Positions 1 to 12,639 of a stretch of 64,000 bases of DNA are shown here, piece by piece. Position 1 is the first letter of the stretch; each line of letters starts with the position of its first letter. The translations under genes were made by a program, and so were the position numbers. This stretch comes from Callorhinchus milii (taxonomy: Eukaryota). The stretch is taken from positions 122,576,001-122,640,000 of the forward strand of contig NW_024704742.1 of the NCBI RefSeq assembly GCF_018977255.1, written 5' to 3'. The notes beneath the pieces were generated by a model. The model saw nothing but the letters and a program-made list of their open reading frames with translations, was not told where the DNA came from and ran no database searches.

Positions 1-9
1 CATAATTTT

Positions 10-605
10 GAAACCAACACGTTAGGTTCTCTTAACCACAGAAAATGATTGCAACAGAGGTCTCCCACCTCTTGTAAATCATGCTCATTGATAGATTTGA
101 TTTATTAACGTAGTATTTCAGAGCATCCAGAATTTAGCAAATTCTTTAATAAAGCCTTAATTTTGAGAGATTGTTTTTCTGTAAGTTCATGCTAAGTACA
201 GTCATGGTGGTGGAGTCCACAGGAAATGAAAGGGAGGGGCTTGAATGAATATGCGTATAATTTGGGCCAGCAGGTTTGAAGTGATCTCCTTGCTCTGTCC
301 TCCTGCACTGTAGATTATGTTTCTATGTTATATTAAAATCTATTGAACCAACTTCAAAGCGAAAACTGAATTCAACAATTGACCCAATTTGGGATGCTCC
401 GAAACGCTCAGAGTAAATAAATTAGTAGAGTAAATAAGATAATATGTAAATCTAGACCCAGGGGGAATTTTACCCCAAAAGTTGATTTGATGATTTCACT
501 TTGAGCATGAGCAATGAGCATGATTTACAGGAAATTGAGGTGGGAGACCTCTGTTGCAATCACAATCACTTACCATGGTTACGAGGTTAGACGTATTGTT
601 GCATC
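10..605. mobile_element. Inverted-repeat element (MITE-like)
   Basis: 46-90 (tgattgcaacagaggtctcccacctcttgtaaatcatgctcattg) is the reverse complement of 512-562 apart from a short indel; looser pairing extends outward. Confidence 0.6.
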
Positions 606-1231
606 ATTTCACATCAGCATTTTATTTCATATGTGAGTCAGCCTGGCTCAGTTAGCAGCACGCTTACCTCTGAGTTATAACATATTACAACATAATAGAG
701 TTGTATAGCACCTTTCATGTCAGGAGGACGTCCCAACGCACTGAAGGTTGTGCTTTGAAGACTCTCATTGAGACTTTAAACTCATATAGGCTCAGGCCAG
801 TGGTTCTCAAATGTGACTACTGTGGCTGCATCCTCCCCACCATGACCCTCTCCTTCCCACAGTGTGAGGTCGACCACACAATGAGGCCAACAACAAGATG
901 TATTTGAGTAGGACTGGTTTACGATCTCACTCCAAAATAATACTGGGTGCTGCATTGTCTTTCTTCAAATGAGATGTTAAACCAAGGCCCTGTCTGCCTT
1001 CCCATGGTACTATTTGATTAGAGAAGGCAGTTTCTCCCCATATACATTTGCTTTATGGCTATTTGTGGGGAAATTACTTTGAGCAAATTGACTGCCGCAC
1101 TCATCTACAAAATACACAGTCACTGCACTTTACAGTAAATCCTGTGAAGTGCTCATGTGGAATGTACACACTGGCGTGGAATAGTTAAGCCTACTGTGCC
1201 TACTTTAGTGCTGCAGATTCCATGTAATTCT

Positions 1232-1622
1232 AATTTTTTGTTAGCTAGGTATCTGACACCAATCTTAAAATTATCCAAATCAGATGGAGAGTTGCATATG
1301 GTATGAAATACAATGCTTTCAGTGGACAGTTATATGGTTTTAATTAGTTAAACTACAGCAGTACTTCAGTGAACATTCTGGGGTCCCTGTATTATAGTTT
1401 GGGTTAGGATTCACCCTGAACCTAATGTGGAGCTAAGACATGTCTCTCATCAACCTGTACTTAATACCCTCAGGGATTAGATAAGCAGGATCTGTCCCTC
1501 TGGGGAAACAGTGTGATTTCATTACAGACTTGGGAATGTCCATATGTAGGTGGCAAACATGCTACTCTCAGTCTTATTTGGATCGTTTTAAGCTTGGTGT
1601 CAGATATCTGGCTGACAAAAAT
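1232..1622. mobile_element. Non-autonomous TIR element (MITE family A), both TIRs present
   Basis: About 65-bp imperfect terminal inverted repeats at 1234-1298 and 1557-1622; the end and internal sequence recur elsewhere in the window. Confidence 0.65.
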
Positions 1623-1926
1623 AGAATTACATAGAATCTGCCACTAAAATAGGCCATTTGGCCCATCCCCTCTACGCCAGTGTATACATTCCACATGAGC
1701 CTCCACCCCGCCCCTCCCTAGCTTCCTCTTATAAACCTCTGTTCCGTTCTCGCTCACATATGCAATGTACATCTAGAGAAAGGCTTGGTAACGGAGCAAA
1801 ATATGAAATATAAAAGCAGTATTACTTTTCTTCCAGAAGCCAAATCTACACTAAACAATATGAGAATTGAGCCCTTCCTTGCCACCGCTATTTGCTGAGC
1901 GTTCAGTTCACTTTACCCCTAATCTT

Positions 1927-2247
1927 TAATAATAATAATAATCCTTGCATTTGATATAGCGCTTTTCACGTCAGGAGGACGCCCCAAAGCGCTTCAAAGA
2001 ACACACTGTAAAGTGAATTGACTATATTTGTGGGCGAACGCGGCAGCCAATTGCGCACAGCAATGTCCCACAAACAATCGTAGATTGAAAATGACCAATT
2101 TCATTATTGTTTTTGGTTTTGGAGGGATTATTATTAGGCTCTATGTGGAGTAAGGAAACTTGCTCAAGGTTTCGCCCTGCCTGGAATTGAACTCAGGTCT
2201 CTCGCTTGCAAAGCGAGTGCTCTAACCACTGAGCTACAGGACTCCAC
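1927..2247 (-). mobile_element. Young tRNA-derived SINE (short subfamily) with Deu-like 3' part, L2-type tail and (TTA)n end
   Basis: Near-identical to 19743-20048, 52615-52932 and 55740-56061; A box (TAGCTCAGTGG) and B box (GTTCAATTCC) in the tRNA-like head. Confidence 0.9.
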
Positions 2248-2647
2248 AAATTTATAATTTATAATTTCCTGTCTGCATCCCTCCATCTCACTCTCTCTAT
2301 TTCTCTAATCATTCCAAGATTCTATCCCACATGAAGGGGACTATATCAATAATAACAATCCTTACATTTGATATAGTGCCTTATTATGTCATTGAGACGT
2401 CTCAAAACACTTCAGAATATATTGGTAAGTGGATTTACTTTATATTTTGTTTTGCGAAACGTCATAATTCGTTGCTTTTTTTCTGAATTCCATCTATAAC
2501 TTACCTTTATGTCCACGTTTATGGTCACCTCCCCCTTAGGCCTCCCATTCCACCTTCTGTCTTGCTCAGTATCTGACCTTGTCCTTGTGAAGCTTTCTGA
2601 GATGTTTCCCTATTTGCTGTATAAATGCAAGTTGCTGTTGGTTGTTA

Positions 2648-3420
2648 TTCATAGAATCATAGAATTATTCAGCACAGAAGGAGGCCATTTGGCTCATCCT
2701 GTCTGTGCCGGCTCTTTGAAAAGAGCTTTTCCAAATCAATCCCACTGCCCCGCGCTCTCCCTATAGCCCTGCAAACTTGTCCTCCCCAAATAATTATCTA
2801 CTTCTCTCTTAAAAGTTGTTATTGAATCGGCTTCCACCATCCTTTCAGGCAATGCATTCCAGATCCGAACGACTCGCTGTGTGAAAAAATTTCTCCTCGT
2901 CTCCCCTCTGTTTCTTTTAACAACTATTTTAAATCGGTGTCCTCGGGTTACCGACCCACCCATCAATGGAAGTAGTTTCTCCTTGTTCGCCCTATCGAAT
3001 ACTCTCATAATTTTGAAAATTTCTATTAAGTCTCCTCTTAACCTTCTGTGCTCCAAGGAGAATAATCCTAGCTTCTCTCGCCTGTCCTGATAGCTGAAAA
3101 TCCCTCATTCCTGGTACCATCCTGGTAAATCTCCTTTGCACCCTCTCCAATGACTTGACATCCTTCCTAAAGTGTGGTGCCCAGAACTGATACCAGTACG
3201 CTAGCTGAGGCCTAACCAGTGTTTTATAAAGGTTCATTATAACTTTCTGACTTTTATATTTTACTTATTCTATTCCTATTTATAAAGCCTAGTATCCCGT
3301 ATGCTTTATTAACAGCTTTATCTACCTGTCCTGCCAACTTCAAAGATTTACTTATATGAACCCCCAAATCTCTCACTTCCTTCACTCCCTTTAAGATTCT
3401 ACAATCTAGCTTATATTGCC
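2648..3420 (-). mobile_element. CR1 LINE 3' fragment (RT C-terminus and 3'UTR)
   Basis: ORF pieces LYKTLVRPQL...WAPH...LERVQRRFTRM and RRLRGDLIEIFKIM...FFTQRVVRIWNALP; tail ttctatgattctatga. Confidence 0.92.
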
Positions 3421-3889
3421 ATATTGCCAGCTTATATTTGAACCCCACTGTCAAAACACAACAATATTTTACTGCTTTAATGAAACAGTTTTCTATTCTT
3501 TAGACATGTTTAATTTGGGGATGCAGACTGAATTGTGTGGTGCCCGTTAAATCCCTCTGTTCTCAAAGGACAGTCTGGAGCTTAAAGGCTGCCATTATTA
3601 GTTTCCAAGCTGTTTCCTTGCAGATGAACGTATATTAATTATAAATCACCCCAGCAACTGGCAGTGGGCTAATTGGAAATACTGCCCTACATTTCCTGTT
3701 TGCCTGTGAAACGATATGACATTTGAACAAGATTAACTTCAGCCCATATAACAAGCCACAAAGTGAAACATTCACTTAAAGACCACACAGCACTTAAGGG
3801 AAGTGCTTTCTGGAAACACAGCAGTAAGAAAAAACTGTGTAAACTGCCCACTCTGTGACCTATTAAAACTCTCCACATGCCCTGGTATG

Positions 3890-4880
3890 CTCTGCTGTCC
3901 TGACAGAATGTCTGTCAGACATCAAGTCCTGGATGAGAGCTAACTTTCTTCAGTTGAACATCAACAAGATCGAGGCTCTCCTGATTGGCTCCTATCAGCG
4001 CCTCCACAGCTCAGGCGCTGACAGCATCACCATCCATGGTTGCACACTCCACCTTACTGAGCCAGTCCGGAACCTTAGGGTCTTGTTTGACCCTCAACTA
4101 TCCTTTCTACCCCACATCTGTGCCATGACCCGCTCTGCCTTCCCCCACTTCTGCAACATCACCCGGCTCCAACACTGTCTCACACCGCAGGCTGCAAAAT
4201 CCTCATACACGCTTTCATAACATCCAGGCTTGACTATGCAAACTCATTGCTTGTCGGCCTCACCAACTCCTCTCTCCAAAGGCTGCAGATCATCCAGAAC
4301 TCTGCAACCCGTGTTCTCTCCCACAGCAGATTCCGTGACCCTAACAACCCCATCCTTGCCCAACTTCACTGGCTTCCCATCACACAGAGGATACAGTTCA
4401 AGATCCTGGTCCTCACCTACAAAGCCCTCCATTTACGCTCCACTACCTCTGCAACCTCCTAAACCCCTACCATCCTGCCCGTTCCCTCCGCTCAGTGGGC
4501 TCCGGCCTGCTTCACGTCCCCCACCTCGCCCACCCCATCTATGGTGGGCAGGCCTTCTGCCACTCTGCCCCCACCCTCTGGAACTCTATCCTGCAGTTCC
4601 TCCATGTTGACCCTCCCTTTCCTCCTTCAAGACCCATCTCAAGTCCCTTCTTTTCATCCGTGCTTTTGATTACCCCGCTTCCCCCTTTGCCCTCCACCCT
4701 CGCAAATCCCAACCCCCAGCTCGGGTCCGAAATATTGACAGTCCAGTGCCTTGGGACATCCTCCTGACGTGAAGGGTGCTATACAAATGTATTGTGCCCT
4801 TCACATCAGGAGGACATCCCAAGGAGGGCGTTACCCCGCTTGAAAGGCGCTATATAAATGCAAATTGTTGTTGTTGTTGA
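3890..4880 (+). mobile_element. L2 LINE 3' fragment
   Basis: WMRANFLQLNINKIE, RNLRVLFD, LQIIQNSA, LHWLP...RIQFKIL; tail gcgctatataaatgcaaa(ttg)n. Confidence 0.9.
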
Positions 4881-4929
4881 TAGAGATATAAAAATTGTAG
4901 AAGGTGAAGAGGTTGAAGAGGAAATCAGT

Positions 4930-5212
4930 GACTCGGGGACATAGATATAAGATAATCAAATGAAGAGCAAAAGATGAGTTTAGGAGATTTTGTTTCACAC
5001 AGAGCATTGTTGGAATGTGGAATGCGCTGCCAAATTAGGTGCTAGAGGCAGACTCCATTGTAGATTTCAAGAAGGAAGTAGACGGGTATATGAAAGATAG
5101 AGGCTTGAAGGGTTGTGGGCAGTGAAATTGAAACTGCAGCTTGCTCTGAGAGCCGGTACAAACCTGATAGGCCGAATAGCCTTATTCTGAACTGTAAATT
5201 ACTATGATACTA
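4930..5212 (+). mobile_element. CR1 3' fragment
   Basis: Similar to the CR1 at 2648 (ttcacacagagcattgttggaatgtggaatgcgctgcc); tail actatgatactac. Confidence 0.7.
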
Positions 5213-5847
5213 CATTTATTCAGATCGGGTGTTAATCACCTGATAGGACTGAACAGATTAAATTCCTGGGTCAGGAAAGGTGTGACTGAATTGACAACTA
5301 CATCCACAGTATGGTGTCCCTTATTAAGACTGTGGTCCACCCGAACAATCAGATGAAACCTTAATTTAACATCTTATAGTAATCAGACTTGACGTTGGTG
5401 AGTTTAAAAGAGGGAACTGCAGGTCAGGTTATTCTGTGAAATCGTAATGTATGGCACTTCTGTAAATGCCTGTTAATTACCATGGACTTCACACTCATCA
5501 TCTTCCCTACCCTGTTTATACAAAAGTATAGAATTTGCTGAATCAGAAGAAAAAGGGAACCTTTTGAAGGACGGTTGTAATTCAATATCCTCTGTCAGTG
5601 TTTTAATTGAAACAATAAAATCTGTAAATATGAACACTATTGAAAATATGAATAAGCAATAGCTGGTATACTGGAAAAAATTTAACCTTAGGGTGAGGTG
5701 TTTTAGATATTTTGCTATATCCAAGTGAGGACATCTCAAAAATCTTTGTAAAGGGCAAAAGTGGCAGTCAATTTGCACATAATAATGCCCCCCCAAAAAT
5801 TAATGAAATGAATGATCACATGAATGAATGATCTGAAGAACACAAAA

Positions 5848-6248
5848 ACAACAACAAAATTACATTTGTATAGTGCCTTTCACATCGGGAGGACGTCCCA
5901 TGGTGCTGGATAGACAGGGTTACGGACTCGAGCTAGGGGTTGGGGTGGGGGAGGGTGGGGGGGCAGTGGGGGAAGCTGGGAGATCAAAGTTACGGTCGAA
6001 GAGGAGGGTCTTGAGACACATCTTGAAAGTGGCGAGGGAGGGGTCAAGGTGGAGGGACTGCAGGATGGAGTTCCAGAGGGTGGGGGCAGACTAGCGGAAG
6101 GCTCGCCTGCCAATGTTGGGGCGAGTGAGGTGGGGGATTGAAGCAAGCTGGAGCCCGCTGAGCAGAGGGAGTGAGCAGGGTGGTAGGGGGTTAGGAGGTC
6201 GCAGAGGTAGGGGGGAGCAAGACCATGGAGGGCTTTGAAGGTGTGGAC
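5848..6248 (-). mobile_element. L2 3' fragment
   Basis: Homologous in reverse complement to 4430-4790. Confidence 0.8.
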
Positions 6249-6599
6249 ACTGTGTTACTTATTTCGCTCATAAAATATACAGTCAATTTACTTTACAATA
6301 TATTCTGTGAAGCGCTTTTAAACATCTCAAAGATGTGATAAGGCGCTATATCAAATGCAAGGATTATCATTAGTAGTATTTCTTTAGTTGGCGTGTTACA
6401 GATGTTCAATAAACTTGTCATTTTCTCCTTCAGCCTCATGTATTTAATCCTTTATCTTGCATCATAAAGGAAAATAGTGAAATATCAGAATTTGATTTGT
6501 AAAGGTCTTTTAAATGTAATGTGAAAGGTGTTATGTAAATACAAATTATTGTTACTGTATTTGAGGAGGAGAGAAAAATTGTACAGAATAATCATAATA

Positions 6600-7052
6600 A
6601 TAATACAATAATAATCCTTGCATTTGCTATATGCTTTATCACTAAAGCACTACGTCTCAAAGTGCTTCACAGAATATACTGTAAAGTGGATTGACTGTGT
6701 ACTTTATGGGCAAAACACAGCAGCTAATTCACGCACAGGAGGATCCCTCCCATAAACAGCCATGGTGTGTGTGATCAATTTTATTTGGGGGATTTGTTCC
6801 CCAGGACACCAGGAGAAACTGCCTTTTCTTTTTGAATAGGGCCATGGGACCTATAACATCTACCTGAATAGGCAGACGGGACCTCAGTTTAATGTTTAAT
6901 CCGAAGTATGGGACTCCCACAATTCAAAACACCGCTAGCACTGCATTGGAGCATCAGCTTAGAGTATGTGATTCCAAAGACCCCATTTGGAGTTAGTAAT
7001 CACAACCTTCGGATTCAGAAGCCAGGTGTTACCATTGAGCCAGGCTGGCACA
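6600..7052 (-). mobile_element. Old Deu-domain tRNA SINE (SacSINE1/AmnSINE-like)
   Basis: Reverse complement carries Deu-domain-like sequence (ttaaactgaggtcccgtctgcc...ggtcccatggccctattc) and the tRNA head cagcctggctcaatggtaacacc. Confidence 0.7.
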
Positions 7053-7419
7053 CAGTGTGAAGGCTAGAAACCAGAGACAATTATTATTATTTTTATTATC
7101 TTTGCTTTTGATATGCAGGACTTTTAGGTTTTCCATCATAGAAACAGCTTCAGGGCTATGTCCATTCTGAGAAAACTGCCCTGTTCACCCACAAAATACA
7201 CACAGTCACACCAGTTTACAGTAATAATATAATAATACTTGCACTTAATGTAGCGCCTTATCACATTGTGATACGTCTCAAAGCGCTTCAGTACATCCTG
7301 TGAAGAGCTTTGAGACATGTCGACGACATGATAGGGCACTATATCAAATGAAAGTATTATTATTAATACTGCATAACAACTGAAAACTAGTCGTATAATG
7401 TTACAGTCATGTTATGTTA

Positions 7420-7860
7420 CAGCACAGAGACCTGCTTTATGCCCCATCATGTCTGGTGCTGTTCTCCACAATGTCATTCAAACTAATCTCACTCTCTTGC
7501 TCATTCCCCATATGTTATTTTATGAAAGAATAAGAATATAAATTCCCTTTTACAAGAAAAACAATCCATTCAGTCCCATTTACGTGCCTTTACCCCAAAC
7601 CCCCTGCAAAAAAATTGTTTTTAGATATCTATCCAGTGTACAACCTAACAACTCTCTGTGTCAAATGAATCCTCCTAATCCCCCCTTTGTACCTTTGGTA
7701 ACTATCTTAAATTGATGCCCTCTAGTCACTGACTCTCCGACCAGTGGAAATAATTTCTCCCTATTGACTCTATCAAAACCCCTCATTATTTTAAAGACCT
7801 CTATCAGTTTTCCTCTCAGCAGTCTCTGTGCTTGTGAAAATAAACCATCTAGTTTGCTCA
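7420..7860 (-). mobile_element. CR1 3' fragment
   Basis: LRGKLIEVFKIMRGFDRVNREKLFPL...TRGHQFK. Confidence 0.8.
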
Positions 7861-8979
7861 AAGGTCAACTTGTGATCACAACATTGTTTTCCTGTGATAT
7901 TATCTCTATAGTTTCTCTCTTCAGAATATATAGATAAGAAATGAAATGTTCATACTTTTGAAAGATCATATTTTTTAACTTAAGGCCAAATGTGAGGCAA
8001 GACACACTGAGGCCATCCTCCTGCATTACACCTACGACTTTCTGTTGTTCTAAGTAAATATTGGGTGTGATTCCCCCTCTGTCTATAGGTTTATACTTTT
8101 AAATGATTAAATTCACTCTGCCTTCTCCCTTCCCATACTGTGGGTTATTTTTTGGCTGTGAAATTAAATGCAAAACCATGCGCTGTCTGTAACCCTCTTG
8201 ATTTGTGCTTCTGGGCAACATTCCACGCCTGTGCATTTGAGAACTATGTATCTTTATTACGGTTGTGTATCCACAGAATGGTAGATTTTATTAATACTGT
8301 ATACAGTTAAATTGGGGCACATCTGCCAAGAATGAGAACTTTCTAAATGGACGCGCATGATACAATTTATACATTTTACAAAATGCTGTCATTAAAATAT
8401 GCAGCTTTGTTTAATTTTATAAGGGTTCTGCAATAAGAGGTAACTTGTGCAGTCCTAAAAATTGGTGCAGGTTTGTGCGCTGGTCAGCTATTGTTCTGTT
8501 AATCAACTTTATTTTGCAATTGAGAAGTAAGGAAATTTGCATTCTTCGACCAAAAGTGGTTACATACCAGAGAGATGCAAATGACATTTACATTCTGAAG
8601 CAAATTTCAGAACAATTGATTTTTTCAGAACAATTGTATAAACCGTGTTGTTTAAGTGAACGTTACAAGTTTGTTAAATAAAAATACCATTTTGAAACTG
8701 GGCAAGAACAATAACAGTTTTGTAGTGATGTGAGTTTTGATGAAGGTCAAGTACTAACAGTTGGCCGGTTCAAGATCTAAAGATAAAAGGAGCTTGTGGT
8801 TTCCATCATAGTAAAGCTTTTAAAATATCCCTTATAGAAGTAAACATCAGCCAAACAAAAATCTCCTAATATTTAAACACAAACATCCAAACTAATCCAA
8901 AAAAATTGACTCATATAAATGGAAGGAAAATATATCTTCCAGACATCATTGTAAGTTTCTACCTTGCAAGGATTACTAT

Positions 8980-9604
8980 AGTAATAGACTCTGGAAACTG
9001 GGTGTGAGGGCTGTTGAGGTTTCCCGCCTGGGGCCTGACCGCACCAGGAGCCGCACCAGAACAACCCGCTCAGGGCGCACCCAGGGGGTAGCCCACGAGG
9101 CACCCAAACCTGACTGAAGTAAGGGTTCAGAAGGACGCTCGAGATGTAACCAAAGAGTGACCCGAGAATGTATGTACCGTAAACATGTGTGTGTATGATG
9201 CATCTCGGGGCACCTTCCGAAAGGGGCAGGCCGCCTTATCAGGGTGTGTGGGGGCGCGCAGATCAATGTGGTGTAGGAGGGGCGACTCCCAACTGTGCCA
9301 AAGGGAGCGTCCCAAAAGAAACGTGTGCACAACCTGTGTGCGGGGAAGGAATGTACCGTAAACAACGGAATGTTTTTTGTACTGGGAGAAAAGGGAAAAA
9401 ATTGTAACAAAAGATGTTGTGTTTGTTTTGGATTTCTGTTGTACTAAATGCTATATTCATAAATAAATATATATTTTCAAAAATATAGATTGTTGAGATT
9501 TCCCCTCTGTGTGTGTCCCTGTATCTGCCTGACTCAGAGGGGGCTGGAGGGGTAGGGGACAGGGGCGTGTATGTGTATGTGTGTGTGAGGAATTCCGTGT
9601 TACA
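8980..9604 (+). mobile_element. LTR-like element (possible solo LTR)
   Basis: CpG-rich block ending in GTTACA (9599-9604); AATAAA at 9462 followed by a GT-rich U5-like tract; TGTAAC at 9145 and 9403. The 5' boundary is uncertain. Confidence 0.45.
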
Positions 9605-12600
9605 AAATCTTGCACAATCACATTTTAACTCTCGTAACAGAAACAAACTTTTGTCAAACTCTCTGTGTTGATTGAAATGGAGGGACAAAATGGGGCAAAG
9701 AACATGTAACTGACAGAGTAGAAAAAGAACATTGAATACAGAAGGTGGATAAAAATAACTCGCAAACTTACAAGTGACTGAATTCTTCCTCACAATTGGA
9801 AAAAATGTGCTACAGTGTGTGACGCAAATTACAAATACAAGCCTGCTTAATATTCTACTTCTTCGAATGCGTCTTTAGTAACCTTTCCCTTTCCCCCCCC
9901 ACTTTATTCAGCCAACCATTCAAGACTGTGGTGGATAGCTATTTGTTAGGTCAGGGTATTAAGGGATACGAGGCAAGGGCGAATAATTGGACTTGAGGTA
10001 CAGATCAGCTGTTATCTTATAGAATGATGGAATAGGCTCAAGGGGCTGAATGGCCTTCTCCTGATTTTATGTTTCTGTATTGAACCCCATCCCTATAAAG
10101 CACTCTGAGACATTACACTATATAAATGCAAATTGTTGTTCTTCAAGTTATTTTGCAGCAGTGTTATTTATTATCGCCCAAAAGGTCAATTCAGTTTACA
10201 GTATATTCTGTGAAGCACTTTGAGACGTCTCGAAGACGTGCTAAGGCGCTTTATCAAATGCAAGGATTATTATTATTATTATTAGTGAGCTTTAACAGAA
10301 GTTGTGCTTAATACATCCCACAACTGTAAACCAATTCTTCAGACCTGTTTGCCAGCTGCCTTGAAATTCCCACAAGTTAGATTTAGGTCCAACAATTTGC
10401 ATTGTCCAACTTATTTTTTGTCAGCAATTGGAATTGGAGAGGTGCTGTAATATTTCACCCATATCCTCCTTAGAATACCAAAATGATGTATAAATAGTTT
10501 ACATATTACTTTTGCGGGAAAAGGATGCGGAAACTACAAATAAGTTTTGTTGTGTTACTTCAATGGCTCTCGTCCACAGAATCATTGAAACTAACAGCAC
10601 AGAAAACTAAATTGATGCCCTCTGAGTTCTCAGCCTCCTCTCAGTTCCCACCCTCAGCCTAGCCAGAATTGTCAAGCTCTTTGGGATGTCCGTCCGATAT
10701 TCAATTGTAAACCCACAGAACAAGTCACATGCAATGATTCATGAGCGACATACAAATAATGTAAACTACTTTTAGACATACAATATTTATTATAATTTGT
10801 CATAATTTATTACAAACATGGAGCAAAAAAAGTAATGTGATGTAATACAGCAAGTAAAATTGCAATCAGGTCAACCCATAATTATCAACTGAGGTGAAAT
10901 CTTCTGAAGTTCTATTGGATTTGATGAAGTATTTGTGCAGATTGAATTTTGTTGTGAAAAGAGAGAGGTGTCCTACTTTGGTAAACATAGTAGTTGAATA
11001 GAACAAATATATTGCTAAGTGCATCAACGACTGGAAAAGATTGCCAGAAATGATGGTAGAAGCTAGGAGATTAAACTAATTTAAAAAGCTCCTTCATGCC
11101 ATTATTATTATTACTATTATTATAATAATGGTAGGTGGATGGTCTGGATGGATGAGATCAGATTGGTCTGGATGGAAAAGGACCTTCTTCATCCTGACCA
11201 ATCTTGTGAACATCCACTTATATAGCACCCTTCATAGAATAACGTCATGGAGTGTTTTATAGTGGTGGGATGAATGTTGAGCAGGGGAGAGGGGGAGTAA
11301 CCAGAGACCTGGTCAAAGAGGTAGGTATTAAGATAAGACTTGAAGACTTGATAGAAAGGGGATGAGACAGAGGTCGAGGGAGGGTGACCAGAGGTTAGGA
11401 AGTAGAATTGGAAAGCTGAACCCCAATGGTGGTGCAGCTAGGGTGGGGCTAACATAACATACTAGTGTTAACTCAGTGGAGATAGCGGGGGTGAGCAAAG
11501 GAATGGGGAAGGAGAAGATTAGAAAGATAAGGAGGTGCTAGAGTTTGAGTCTGAAAGGATTTAGAAGGAATTGAAGCATTGAAGGCAGGGAAAATTTGTC
11601 AGAAAAATAAAATGTGTACAAATCAAATTATATATAGTTATAGTTATACGTTACTTTATACAACTATTTTCATGTAATTGCCTCTATTTTGCTTTCACTG
11701 CATCATGCATTGATTCCAAAATTTACAACTGTCATTTTTCTTTAGCTCGCCATTTATTTAAATCATTTTCCACATAATTAAAAAAATGCAGCGAAAGGAA
11801 GGAAGCTATCTGACACCCCACTTGTTGCTATTAGTTTTATGCATTACCTTGGTATTTAATATTCTTCTAAATTTTACATTACAACATGTCAAACGGCAGT
11901 AATCCTTGATGTTAGCATCTTATCTCATTGGGAAAATGTTTCAGAGAGCTCCACTAGGATTTTACTGTAAAGAACAGTGACTGTGTATTTGTAGGCAAAT
12001 ATGGTAGCTAATTTTCACTCAGCAATGTCCCACAAACAACCATGAAGTGAATGATCATTATTATCTGGGGGATTGTTATAAATAATCCTTGTATTTTATG
12101 CAGTTCCTCATCACATCATCGAGATGTCTCAAAGCACTTCTCTTGATTTACTGTAAAGTGGATTGACTGTGTATTTTGTGGGCAAAACATGGCAGCCAGA
12201 CTTAAAGTAGAATTTAAAGATAGATAAAGAGGGGATGGCAGGAGGGATTGAGGTAGGAAGTTCCAGAGTTTATGATCATAGTGCCTGAAGGCACAGCTGC
12301 CAAAGGGGGTGTGGAGGAGTCGGAGGATACATGACAGGCCCTTATTAGCTGAATGGAGGGTGTGACAGAAGAGTGAGGTATGGGCAAATCAGAGAGGTAA
12401 CAAGATGATAGGGTGTGAAGGGATTTATTATATGTAAGAGTGAGGATCTTAAAGTCTATCCTGTCCAACTATAGGGCTTGATCAAAGTCTCACTGTAGGC
12501 CTTGAACCCACAAATACTTTTTTCTAATCTCAAAAGTGAGTGTTCTACGAACTAAGCCAAAATGACACTTTGTGAAGTATATAAAATAACATTGCCTGTG

Positions 12601-12639
12601 CCTAATACTTTCTGAAAGTAGGTAAATGGGGTAAATTTA

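Noticed and set aside
8873..9793. Overlapping 144-aa and 176-aa ORFs
   Set aside because: They span an LTR-like GC-rich block and a (TG)-rich tract, with no domain or splice support
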